DNA of 64,000 nucleotides. It comes from Acidimicrobiia bacterium (GTDB lineage: Bacteria > Actinomycetota > Acidimicrobiia > IMCC26256 > JAGPDB01). Of the stretch, positions 19,775 through 29,131 are shown in pieces. The stretch covers positions 32,138-96,137 of the forward strand of contig JAGPDB010000002.1 in assembly GCA_018057765.1 (NCBI GenBank), written 5' to 3'. Numbering within the stretch: the first letter of the stretch is position 1; the number at the start of each line of letters is the position of its first letter. Made by a program: the position numbers and the translations under genes. The notes under the pieces are model-generated. The model worked only from the letters and a program-made list of their open reading frames with translations. It made no database searches and was not told the origin of the DNA.

Positions 19775-21973
19775 ATGGGATACGTATCACATAAATTAAA
19801 AAATCCGGTAGCTGGCGCACTAGCTGGTGGTGGCGATCCAGCATCATCACCACTTTACGTATTCGGTCCATTTCTAAAATTACTCTTAGCAGCAGGACTA
19901 ACTAAAGTAGTTTTTGGTGCAAGCGTTTGGCTAGTAATTTTTACAGTTGTATTTGTTTCCTTGATGTATCGCTCGGTAATGAAATGGATAACTGATGGAT
20001 CAGGCGGTAGTGGACTATCCGAAGAAGAATTTGGGAGTTGGGCAGTAAAAATTACTGCTGGTATTACATTTGTAGAATACACGCTTACATTCTTAGTATC
20101 TATGGCTGCACTTGTAACCTTTGCAGCTGACCGTTTCCCTACATTAAACGATACAGTTTTCATTGTACAAAATAGAGCATGGTTAGCAATCGCTGTAAGT
20201 TTTTTTACAGCATGGTTAGTCAATCGCGGTCCAGCAACAGCCGCTAAAGCATTTGGTCCTGCTACTGCTGGAGTACTAATTTTGCTTTGGGTATTAATGT
20301 TCGTCACGATTTTTAAACGTGGCTTTGAAATCCCAGGAATTAACTTTGATGCTTTTAAATCAAATGCCATAGGTACAACATTTGGTGGATATGCTCGAAT
20401 ATTAGCATTGATGACCGGTGTTGAAGTATTTGCGAATATGGTTGCAGCATACGACGGTGAACCAGCACAAAGAAGTCGTAAAGCATTTAATTCTCTGATG
20501 ATAATAATGGTAACAACTGGTATGACAATGTTAATTGTTGGTCCAGCTATACGTGACTTGGCAGATCCTAGTAACGAAAAAGTTTCAGTATTCACTCAAA
20601 CAATGGACCAACTACTACCAAAATGGTTATCTAGTATTGGTACATTTGTTGGTATCGCAGTTTTACTTTCCGCGAGTGCTTCAAGTGCTTTGGGTTTACA
20701 GAATTTATGTGTTGGCCTAAAGTTACGTCATTATGTTCCAGCAACGCTTGGAAAAATAAACAGATTCGGTGTAGCAGGACGACCTGTATGGCTCGAAGCC
20801 TTAATTGCAGCAATCGCTTATTTAATTTTTGGCACTAGTGAAGAAACATACTTGGCTCTATATGCAGCAGGCGTATTTGTTTTACTATCGATGACTGGTT
20901 GGGCTGCAACTAAAAGACTCTTTAAACTACAAAAGCAAACACCGTCGCTACATAATATTGTTATTTTAATAGGAACAATACTGGCAGCACTTCTAACAAC
21001 GGGTGCCACTTGTATTATATTTTACGAAAGATTTACTGATGGAGCATGGACATATTTTATGTTCATCCCTGCACTATATATTATATTTAGTATATTTAGA
21101 AAACTTCTTGGTCCTCCTACAATTACAGAGCAACAAACTGCAACTCAAATTGAAGCAAACTTTTTACAATCAGCAGATTCAGCTCTTTGGGAGATCGAAT
21201 CACAACATGTAGTTAATTCTATTGTTGTTCCAACCGATGGCACAGTACCATCACAAAATGCTATTTTAATTGCGAAGGCAGTCGCAAAAAATATAATTGC
21301 GGATATCCATTATTTACATATCGATAAAAATAATGACAACCATAATAATTTTATTTACGCTAATGATGTAGATCTATTAACACCAGAAATTAAAGAAAGC
21401 GTTCCACGCAGTATTGTTTCTTATGCTGATACAAAAGGTGCAGATTTAATTATTATGGGGACGCGTGCTGCTACCGGAAAGTCAAATATTACATCGCGAT
21501 CAGTAACTGCAGGTGTCATCCAATTGACTGATTGTCCCGTGTTAGTAGTGCCCGCAAATTGGACGGTGCCTGAAAAAATTACACGACCAAAAAAAATGTT
21601 AATTGCATTAGATGGTTCGAGGTCTAGTGAGCGAGCACTTGCATTCGCTGTTAATATTGCAAAGAATTTCAACACACCCATAACTTTATTACATGTTCCA
21701 GCAAATCCAACTCGAATAAAACCAATGACACAATATCTAAAAAGTATCGCAAAATTTATAGAAGCCAATGATATCACTACCAACATTATGGTCGAAGGAT
21801 TAGAACCAACAACAGCGATTCCAGAAATCGCAAAGGAAATTGGCGCAGATTTATTGTTTATGACAACACGAGGACTTTCTGGTTTCTCTAAAGTAATAAT
21901 TGGCAGTATTACGGATAAAGTTATTAGAAGTGTTGATATTCCAACAGTAGTAGTACCTATGGTAGAGGATTAA
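19775..21973 (+). CDS. APC-family amino-acid permease fused to tandem C-terminal universal stress protein (UspA) domains
   Basis: The N-terminus has about 12 TM helices (GGGDPASSPLYVFGP...). The C-terminus has two Usp signatures (ADLIIMGTRAATGKSNITSRSVTAGVIQLTDCPVLVVP and ADLLFMTTRGLSGFSKVIIGSITDKVIRSVDIPTVVVP). Confidence 0.85.
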   Translation: MGYVSHKLKNPVAGALAGGGDPASSPLYVFGPFLKLLLAAGLTKVVFGASVWLVIFTVVFVSLMYRSVMKWITDGSGGSGLSEEEFGSWAVKITAGITFVEYTLTFLVSMAALVTFAADRFPTLNDTVFIVQNRAWLAIAVSFFTAWLVNRGPATAAKAFGPATAGVLILLWVLMFVTIFKRGFEIPGINFDAFKSNAIGTTFGGYARILALMTGVEVFANMVAAYDGEPAQRSRKAFNSLMIIMVTTGMTMLIVGPAIRDLADPSNEKVSVFTQTMDQLLPKWLSSIGTFVGIAVLLSASASSALGLQNLCVGLKLRHYVPATLGKINRFGVAGRPVWLEALIAAIAYLIFGTSEETYLALYAAGVFVLLSMTGWAATKRLFKLQKQTPSLHNIVILIGTILAALLTTGATCIIFYERFTDGAWTYFMFIPALYIIFSIFRKLLGPPTITEQQTATQIEANFLQSADSALWEIESQHVVNSIVVPTDGTVPSQNAILIAKAVAKNIIADIHYLHIDKNNDNHNNFIYANDVDLLTPEIKESVPRSIVSYADTKGADLIIMGTRAATGKSNITSRSVTAGVIQLTDCPVLVVPANWTVPEKITRPKKMLIALDGSRSSERALAFAVNIAKNFNTPITLLHVPANPTRIKPMTQYLKSIAKFIEANDITTNIMVEGLEPTTAIPEIAKEIGADLLFMTTRGLSGFSKVIIGSITDKVIRSVDIPTVVVPMVED

Positions 21974-22016
21974 TAATTCACTCAACTAAATATAACCTGA
22001 GTGCTATGTTTATTTT

Positions 22017-22330
22017 ATGAGCGCAATTAATGTTCAAAATGTTGCTAAATCTTTTGATTCTTTTCAAGCATTAAATAATATTTCTCTTGATATTGAACAA
22101 GGAGAAATATTCGGTTTTTTAGGTCCAAATGGTGCTGGAAAATCTATAACAATTCGATGTATTATTGGTGCTATTTTTCCAGATAGCGACAAAATTACTA
22201 TTGATAATAACTCCGTAATAAATAATTCTTATAAGTACTGAGAAATATTGGTTTTGTCCCCCCTGATTTGAATCTAGAAAATAATTGGAATGTTATGATA
22301 TTATTTCGATGGTGCAAGTACTTTAGTTAA
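22017..22330 (+). pseudogene. Remnant of an ABC-transporter ATP-binding protein gene (N-terminal 74 codons intact, then frameshifted and truncated)
   Basis: Walker A motif FLGPNGAGKS at 22017-22241. The downstream text continues in another frame with an ABC-like RNIGFVPPDLNLENNWNV, then stops. No Q-loop, signature or Walker B is present. Confidence 0.6.
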
Positions 22331-22560
22331 AGATAATATTGCTTTCTCGGCAAAAGAATTTTTTATAATAGTCTCAACTGTTTGCCTATTCTTAAGTTTT
22401 CAAATTTTTCGTAATCGCGATATTTTTATCTAACAATTTCGTAATATGCGTGATATAACATAAATATCATCTATATAAATTCTAAATGGTTCATATAACC
22501 TATAAATGTTTCTATAACTAATACCGAGAGTATTTATAGAGATAATTTAATAGGAGTAAA

Positions 22561-24147
22561 ATGAAGATTCCATCAGGGAAATTAAAGCAAATAATAGCAA
22601 TTGTATCGTTGGCAATAATTGTACAAGTAAGTTTTATCTCTTCATCATTTGCAGATAGCCTGAACTCTCCGCAAGGTACATCTGGTGATTTGTCTTTAAG
22701 CATTACTGCCGTTGCGAAAGAACGCGCGTTTGCAGTAACGGTTTGTAATAATGGAACTGATCCAATCACCAGTATAGATCTTGATATATCCTCAACAAAT
22801 TATACGTTCGATAATCAATTAGTTTTACCTTTAGGTCTTGCAAACAATAACGCAAGTGATCTTGGAACATATGATGCAGAAACTGGAATATGGCAGGGTG
22901 TAATAAACCCAGCAGGCTATGAGAATCCTGGTGATCCTTTAGAGTGCATAGCAATTGGCTATACAGGTATCGTAACTGGTCAAGTTGGTCAAACAATTAC
23001 ATTTACAGCATCAATTATTTCAAGTGTATTAGGTGACTCAACATCAAACATTGACCCAAATAATAATAACGATTCAGATACTTATACAACGGCTCCAATA
23101 GTTCTTGATCCCGATTTAGCATTAGAAACTCGTCTCTTAACTACTGGTGAGATAACAGCTGGATCACCAGTTAGTTTCGGTCTTAAAGTAACAAATAATG
23201 GTTTAGGAGATTATATAGACGATCAAATTGGAATACCATTTGGAGTATATTTTATAATCCCAAATGGATCTACTTTTGTTGATGTTACTGATGCCGACTT
23301 AACAGACAATGTGACAATTACCCCTGGTGACTGTGCCGAGGTATCAAATGATGTATCCACTAGTCTTCCAGCATTCGCTAGTTACCATGGCGCGTTATTA
23401 GGTTGCCAGTTGATACCAACAAGTGGCGTCATTGCACCGGGTGAAAGTTTTGAATTAAATTTCAATATGACAGCGAGCGGTCCTTTCTCAACGGGAAACA
23501 CTCAAGCCATTGCTATTATCACTGCAAACGATGTAGACAATATTCTATTGCAAGCTACTATGTTTACACCGAGTACCGATCCTTTTAATATAGTTAACGA
23601 CAATGTAAGCGTACTCACTTATGATGGTAATGCTCTTGCAGTAACTATCAATCCTTGTAATGGAACCAATACAGTCGTAAATGTAAACGACGCATGTTTC
23701 AAAGTAACATTCAATAAAAAGATTGTTGATGAATCATTTACTCAAGATGACTTAGTACTTACAGGTGGTGGAACAATATATGAGTTCACTAAAACTAGTG
23801 CTAACGAATGGACTGTAAGAATGAATGGATTACCTGTTAATGAAAATGTAACACTCTCTTTAGATATTGCAAGCGTACAAGATTATTCTGCTGTACTTAA
23901 TCAAACTGAAGTTTTGGGTATCAACCAAGTTCGTTATGAAGTCCTAAGTGATGTTGTTCCCAATGCAGCACCTACAGGCACAAGTAATGGTACTGTAAGC
24001 GGCTCGGTGTCAGGATCATTACCTCAAACTGGTTTCAATGATGCTATCTACCAATTTGCTTTAGTATTAATGCTACTTGGATCAATCCTAACTTTTAGTT
24101 CAAAACGCAGTTTTAATGCCACGAATTTAATTAGATTAAGCGACTAA
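22561..24147 (+). CDS. LPXTG cell-wall-anchored surface protein with a DUF11-like repeat domain (sortase substrate)
   Basis: An N-terminal signal peptide. The C-terminus has LPQTG, a hydrophobic stretch and a KRS basic tail. Confidence 0.85.
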   Translation: MKIPSGKLKQIIAIVSLAIIVQVSFISSSFADSLNSPQGTSGDLSLSITAVAKERAFAVTVCNNGTDPITSIDLDISSTNYTFDNQLVLPLGLANNNASDLGTYDAETGIWQGVINPAGYENPGDPLECIAIGYTGIVTGQVGQTITFTASIISSVLGDSTSNIDPNNNNDSDTYTTAPIVLDPDLALETRLLTTGEITAGSPVSFGLKVTNNGLGDYIDDQIGIPFGVYFIIPNGSTFVDVTDADLTDNVTITPGDCAEVSNDVSTSLPAFASYHGALLGCQLIPTSGVIAPGESFELNFNMTASGPFSTGNTQAIAIITANDVDNILLQATMFTPSTDPFNIVNDNVSVLTYDGNALAVTINPCNGTNTVVNVNDACFKVTFNKKIVDESFTQDDLVLTGGGTIYEFTKTSANEWTVRMNGLPVNENVTLSLDIASVQDYSAVLNQTEVLGINQVRYEVLSDVVPNAAPTGTSNGTVSGSVSGSLPQTGFNDAIYQFALVLMLLGSILTFSSKRSFNATNLIRLSD

Positions 24148-25018
24148 TATTTTCTCTTATTCTATTTACGTCGAGTCTGATCCCATCATTATTACCCATG
24201 AATGTAATTTTCTCGTCAGCTATTGCTTTTAGGTTCGAAGTATCTCTAAGCGTATAGTATGCAAATGTTTCGGCAAAATCTTCTATACAATTAGTAGCAC
24301 CATATTCGCTTACGAAATCTTTTTCTCGACCAGGATAATATTCTCCAAAGTTTTGTGAATCGGGATTAGCATTTAAACTCGACCAAAATTTTTCATAGTA
24401 AAGATTTATATAACTTTGATCTAATGCACAACCTTCAGAAATCAATAAGTCAGGACAACTACCTGTTACTCGCCCATTAACTTGCGTTGGATTTAATGAG
24501 AATATATGAGCATATTCATGAACCATAGTATAAATCAAATCGGCTTTTTCACTAATGAACGCAAGATTCACGCTAAGGTCCCATTTATTTGGATCGGTTT
24601 CGTTTGCTCCAACACCAGCATCAATATCACTTGTTGAATCATTATAGAAATCTACCTTAGCCATATATTTTGAAATAAATTCATCACCAGCTATTGCTTT
24701 GTAATATTTCCACGCTTTTATTTGGTCTGGGTCTGTCGGTGTGGGGCTAAGGTCACTACCAACTACTTTGAAAGTACCTTCTATTTGTGAGTCTATTTCT
24801 GCATCACGAAAACCAGAAATAGGTTTATCTTTAGAAGAATTATCTATTCGAGATTTTGAATCTTGAAAATAAGTGTCAAATTTCTTAGTACTAACTTTAT
24901 TCTTAATATTTACAGTTCTATAAATTATATATCCACCAACTGCTAATGAAAAATATACGAAAACAATAGAGGAAATAAAGAATACCCAGAAAACCTGTTT
25001 ATGGATAAAATTTTTCAT
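24131..25018 (-). CDS. Membrane-anchored putative zinc metalloprotease (HExxH)
   Basis: An N-terminal TM helix. A HEYAH motif with downstream acidic residues. 295 aa. Confidence 0.65.
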   Translation of the reverse strand: MKNFIHKQVFWVFFISSIVFVYFSLAVGGYIIYRTVNIKNKVSTKKFDTYFQDSKSRIDNSSKDKPISGFRDAEIDSQIEGTFKVVGSDLSPTPTDPDQIKAWKYYKAIAGDEFISKYMAKVDFYNDSTSDIDAGVGANETDPNKWDLSVNLAFISEKADLIYTMVHEYAHIFSLNPTQVNGRVTGSCPDLLISEGCALDQSYINLYYEKFWSSLNANPDSQNFGEYYPGREKDFVSEYGATNCIEDFAETFAYYTLRDTSNLKAIADEKITFMGNNDGIRLDVNRIRENISRLI

Positions 25019-25029
25019 TGATATATTCT

Positions 25030-25106
25030 AATTATTAATTGGTAGCGAGGGCGGGACTCGAACCCGCGACCTCACGATTATGAGACGTGCGCTCTAACCG
25101 CCTGAG
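25030..25106 (-). tRNA. tRNA with CAU anticodon (elongator Met or Ile2-lysidine type)
   Basis: The reverse complement reads GGCGGGGTAGCTCAGGCGGTTAGAGCGCACGTCTCATAATCGTGAGGTCGCGGGTTCGAGTCCCGCCCTCGCTACCA. CCA is encoded. The acceptor stem has two G-U pairs. Confidence 0.75.
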
Positions 25107-25394
25107 CTACCCCGCCGCTACCGGCTTAAAGACTAGCAAATATTCATTTGTTTGCACCAAATGAAATATAAATTTTGACTTTTTCACAAAATTTTTCTTG
25201 AGCTTGCTAATATCGACACAAACCTTATTCAACTCAAAAGTTCCTTTGTATACTCACATATAGCCGTCATAGCATTATTTAATGATGGTGACGATAATTT
25301 ACATTGTTGTAGATATAACGGAATTCGAAACAATAATATTGGTTTTAGAACGTAAGCCTTGTTCTAAGTTACTAATTTCTAGCCAGTAAAATTC

Positions 25395-25724
25395 TTAATG
25401 AGAAGACATATATGACGAGACAGTTGCAATTATGAAGGCTACTGTCAACAAGGCATTAATAATGAGTGCAGCCATCGCAAATTTTTGATTCTTCTTTTTC
25501 GCATTAAAGGCAATAGCTGTTCCGATTGCGGCAACGAAAGCAATAAACAAAAATGCTAAATATAGATTTCCAAGACCACGCAAATCAACACAATTTGGTT
25601 GGCCTTCACACGCTAGAGGCTTGCGGCCATTTTTTTCTATTTGTCCATATATCCACAGGATAAGAAAAGTTGCTGGCACCAATACTACTGACCAGAGTGC
25701 CATATTATTTTTATTTTTCTCCAT
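25395..25724 (-). CDS. Small hypothetical membrane protein (about 100 aa, 3 predicted TM helices)
   Basis: A hydrophobic ORF. The start is possibly at MALWSV. Confidence 0.45.
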   Translation of the reverse strand: MEKNKNNMALWSVVLVPATFLILWIYGQIEKNGRKPLACEGQPNCVDLRGLGNLYLAFLFIAFVAAIGTAIAFNAKKKNQKFAMAALIINALLTVAFIIATVSSYMSSH

Positions 25725-25825
25725 ACAATTAGGTTAGTGCGGATTTGTTATAAATTGTTGACTATTTAGCATATAGCAGTTGGGGTGTGAATATGAAAGC
25801 AAGTTCCTCACTCTCCTCTTGAGAG

Positions 25826-25870
25826 TTCGGCTACCAGAGTCGAACTGGTGACCTCATCCTGATCATGAAC
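25826..25870. repeat. Partial duplicate (30 identical bp) of the 3' half of tRNA-Thr, located 37 bp downstream of the intact gene
   Basis: ctaccagagtcgaactggtgacctcatcct at 25831-25860 matches 25902-25931 inside the tRNA. The flanks are also similar. Confidence 0.7.
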
Positions 25871-25892
25871 ACTGTCGCTCGAAAAGCGCAAT

Positions 25893-25968
25893 TGGAGCCT
25901 CCTACCAGAGTCGAACTGGTGACCTCATCCTTACCATGGATGCGCTCTGCCAACTGAGCTAAGGAGGC
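25893..25968 (-). tRNA. tRNA-Thr (anticodon GGU)
   Basis: The reverse complement reads GCCTCCTTAGCTCAGTTGGCAGAGCGCATCCATGGTAAGGATGAGGTCACCAGTTCGACTCTGGTAGGAGGCTCCA. CCA is encoded. Confidence 0.9.
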
Positions 25969-26029
25969 GAAGCAACAATAATACTAGAAAAACTTAAAGT
26001 ATCAAGATCTCTGAAAAGTGTCTATTTTT

Positions 26030-26524
26030 TTAATTTACTGTAAAGCTAGTACTCATACCATTTTCATAATGACCAATTAGATTACAGAATACAACATATT
26101 TTCCGGGCTTTAAATTTACAGCAAGATTTTTAGTAACACCTCTGGTTATACCTTCTATCTCGTCTATAAACTCAACACCCTTACCATCGAAATTTAAAGT
26201 AACTAGGCCATCTTTATCAACCGGCAATGCCCTTTCATCGAGATCAGTTTTGGCTACAACTATTTCGTGTTCAATCTTTCCTTCATTCGTGCTAACAAAA
26301 GTGATATCTCCAGCTGATGCAGTATTTGAATCTAGATCAAATGAAAATTCATTGAGCAAAGCATTGATTTGAGTGCCTTTAATTTTATCCGATCTAGTTA
26401 GGAGCGAATCCTCTTTTGTATCTTTACTTTCTTTGTTTTTCTCGTCATTTTCGTTAGAGTTACAAGAAGCCAGTAAAACTAGAGATAACAGCGAAATAAG
26501 CATAATTGATAGTATACGTTTCAT
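26030..26524 (-). CDS. Small blue-copper (cupredoxin/plastocyanin-like) lipoprotein
   Basis: A lipobox LLASC. Type-1 copper ligand pattern: an upstream His (KIEHE) plus a C-terminal FCNLIGHYENGM (C-x4-H-x4-M). Confidence 0.7.
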   Translation of the reverse strand: MKRILSIMLISLLSLVLLASCNSNENDEKNKESKDTKEDSLLTRSDKIKGTQINALLNEFSFDLDSNTASAGDITFVSTNEGKIEHEIVVAKTDLDERALPVDKDGLVTLNFDGKGVEFIDEIEGITRGVTKNLAVNLKPGKYVVFCNLIGHYENGMSTSFTVN

Positions 26525-26677
26525 ATTTTCCTTTACTAGAAATATTTAGTTAGGTCAACCTTACTATCTATAATTAAATTAAAACAAACTCGGACAGTAT
26601 AAAACTTGTAAATGTACGTAAATTTCACCATATGCTAAGATGAACTAACAATAACTGTTATCAATTCAAGGAAGAAA

Positions 26678-28396
26678 ATGGTTTCTAATCGTCGTAAATT
26701 CATGACTAAAGCTTTTATTCCACTAGTTGGAATTCTTGGTGGTGGAGCTGCGCTAAATATCGTACAACCAAGCCAGACCATAAGAGTAACTGCAGTGAAC
26801 GTTGATATAACGACTTCTATCGGAAATTCCGTAACACTTTTTGGTGATGATATTGCAGATACAACTGGAATAGGAGCTACTGTTAAAGTTGGAACAATTA
26901 ATAACGATCAATACCCTCAAGCATTCAGTGATTTTAGAGTAGTATTCGCACCAACATCAGCGAATAAGCCTCCCAACAAAGATGAGACATTAAGCAGAAT
27001 TAATGATTTATATCAAGGAAAAGCTTTATGGCTTTTAATAAAACTAGCTGGGGAAAATATTGCAATATTTGCAGTTGGATATGCAAGTGCCGATGCGTTG
27101 AGACGTAATGGTGTAAAAAATATTAAGAAGATGCTTGTCGATTCCCTTGAGAAAAATCCAATTTATTATAATTCACGTTTAGATGAAAAGCCGTTTGGAC
27201 ATGAAGCTATCTATATTATTAATCACTTGCGAGAATTTCTCAATGAACATATAGAAGGAAGACCAAATAGCTCCCAGAAACTTTTTAATACATTAGTATG
27301 CGGTGCTACAGTTTGCGTATTAATTTTAGGTGGTAACGCTTATCAACTTTCTAACGCTACAGATACTACTCATAAAATCGAAGGTGCTGTTAGATCTCCA
27401 ATTAATAAATATCTTGTGTCCAACACATCAACAGCGGCAGCGGATTTAAGTGATGTCACTGAAAATGTTGGAGATAATTTAATTCGAATCACAGATATAA
27501 ATAGTGATCTTAGAGAAGCCAAGAAAGCAATTGATGCAAATGAAGCAAATGAAGTAAATACATTTACATTACTTGTAACTTCTGACTCTCACAATTTACC
27601 TGTAGTTCCAACCACAACAGAAGCAATAGCACGTGCAAGTAGAGCTGACGCCATTATTGGATTGGGCGATTGGCTTAATACTGGGAAAGGGCCAGAAAAA
27701 GATGCACTCGGCGGTTTACCTATCGGGGAAACAAAATTTAGCGGCTACGACGATATTTTGACTTGTGTTGGATATGACGCCGAAAGAAATTGTATCAAAG
27801 AAGGTGCGCAGTTCCCTTTTTACGGCCTAACGGGAAACCACGATACAAAAGATTTAATGGAAGTATTAAACAAACTTGGGGTAAAAGACCTCACGAAAGA
27901 AAGGCCTGATTTTTTACCTAATGTATTTGCTTTAAACGACGCATGCTACGTGGATGGAAATGACTGTGGTGGGAACTACCACCAGAATGAAAAAGTATAT
28001 GCTGAAGCTGCATTAGTAAAATTCAAAGAAAAATATAGTGGAAAAAATGCTGTAAATAAACCAAGGATTGGATTTTTTGCTAGTGAAGACGCAGCCAAGG
28101 TATTTATTGGTGAAATAGATACAATCATACATGGTGGTGCTCATGTGTTCAAAGCATACGAAAAGAATAATTCAAAAGTAATAAGTATAGGCTCAATCGG
28201 CAAAGGGTTCCCTAGAGGTGCACCATATGCCAATGCTGCTTTATTAGAGATTGCTTCAACACCGGGTGGTGCTATTAAAGAAATTGATGGCTATAAAGTT
28301 GCGCTACCTGACAGAATGAATGTATTAGATTGCAAATCACTTCAATGGGATCCATACCAAATTCGTACAGAAGCTTTAGCACCCTGTTTCCCTTAG
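26678..28396 (+). CDS. Tat-secreted calcineurin-like metallophosphoesterase
   Basis: A twin-arginine N-terminus (SNRRKFMTKAF). Phosphoesterase motifs LLVTSDSHNLP, IIGLGDWLNTG and GLTGNHDT. Confidence 0.75.
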   Translation: MVSNRRKFMTKAFIPLVGILGGGAALNIVQPSQTIRVTAVNVDITTSIGNSVTLFGDDIADTTGIGATVKVGTINNDQYPQAFSDFRVVFAPTSANKPPNKDETLSRINDLYQGKALWLLIKLAGENIAIFAVGYASADALRRNGVKNIKKMLVDSLEKNPIYYNSRLDEKPFGHEAIYIINHLREFLNEHIEGRPNSSQKLFNTLVCGATVCVLILGGNAYQLSNATDTTHKIEGAVRSPINKYLVSNTSTAAADLSDVTENVGDNLIRITDINSDLREAKKAIDANEANEVNTFTLLVTSDSHNLPVVPTTTEAIARASRADAIIGLGDWLNTGKGPEKDALGGLPIGETKFSGYDDILTCVGYDAERNCIKEGAQFPFYGLTGNHDTKDLMEVLNKLGVKDLTKERPDFLPNVFALNDACYVDGNDCGGNYHQNEKVYAEAALVKFKEKYSGKNAVNKPRIGFFASEDAAKVFIGEIDTIIHGGAHVFKAYEKNNSKVISIGSIGKGFPRGAPYANAALLEIASTPGGAIKEIDGYKVALPDRMNVLDCKSLQWDPYQIRTEALAPCFP

Positions 28397-28406
28397 TAAA
28401 TCAATT

Positions 28407-29123
28407 TTAAGAAAACCATCCAGCAATTGTACTTGTTACAAGATCATATTGATTTGTGACTAACAACAATCCTAATATTATCAATAACGCGCCGGTATAT
28501 TTTTCTACCTTCTGAGCAATATTTGCCAACTTTCCTATGAGCGAAGGGTAAGATGCTAGTAGTAAAGACACAACTAAGAAAGGTATTCCTATACCTAAAG
28601 CATATACGAATAAATAGATTGATCCTTCAAGTACTTGTCCAGAGCGAGAAGCTATTGCCAAGGCTGATCCTAATAAAGGACCAACGCAAGGTGACCATGC
28701 TGCGCCAAAAGCAATACCTAAAATAAATGGGCGCAATAATTTTAACTTTGGTGACAATTTTGGAAGTGATGTAATTAATCTTTTTTCACGACCGAACACT
28801 TTTTTGAAGAGACCTAGTAATGCTAGTCCCATAATAATTATGATGACTCCACCAACTATTTTTATGACTTCTTGAGCATCGCCTTTCGCAATACCTAATG
28901 CGCCAACGAGTGCACCAAGCGATGTGAATACAGCAGCGAAACCTGCAATGAAAATCAGAGTTGGGATAACTGGAGTTTTTGGCTTCTTACCTTCAGCTTG
29001 TTTCTCAGAGACATCGCCAGCAATCATACCCATGTATGCAGGAACTAAGGGAACGACACAGGGGGCTAAAAAACTAGCGATGCCGGCCCCTAGTTCTGCA
29101 AATATAATTGATGTTTCTAACAT
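28407..29123 (-). CDS. ccdA: Cytochrome c-type biogenesis protein CcdA (DsbD-family thiol-disulfide transporter)
   Basis: Six TM helices. Conserved Cys motifs LAPCVVPLVP and SPCVGPLLG. Confidence 0.85.
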   Translation of the reverse strand: MLETSIIFAELGAGIASFLAPCVVPLVPAYMGMIAGDVSEKQAEGKKPKTPVIPTLIFIAGFAAVFTSLGALVGALGIAKGDAQEVIKIVGGVIIIIMGLALLGLFKKVFGREKRLITSLPKLSPKLKLLRPFILGIAFGAAWSPCVGPLLGSALAIASRSGQVLEGSIYLFVYALGIGIPFLVVSLLLASYPSLIGKLANIAQKVEKYTGALLIILGLLLVTNQYDLVTSTIAGWFS

Positions 29124-29131
29124 TGTTTAAC

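Noticed and set aside
19855-20595. 246-aa ORF on the minus strand
   Set aside because: Antisense to the permease-Usp gene. Low-complexity composition typical of a shadow frame.
25030-25115. Extended complementarity between the 5' leader (GGTAGCG) and the 3' end (CGCTACC) of the CAU tRNA
   Set aside because: Using it as the acceptor stem breaks the D-arm spacing. It is treated as a coincidental or precursor-stem feature.
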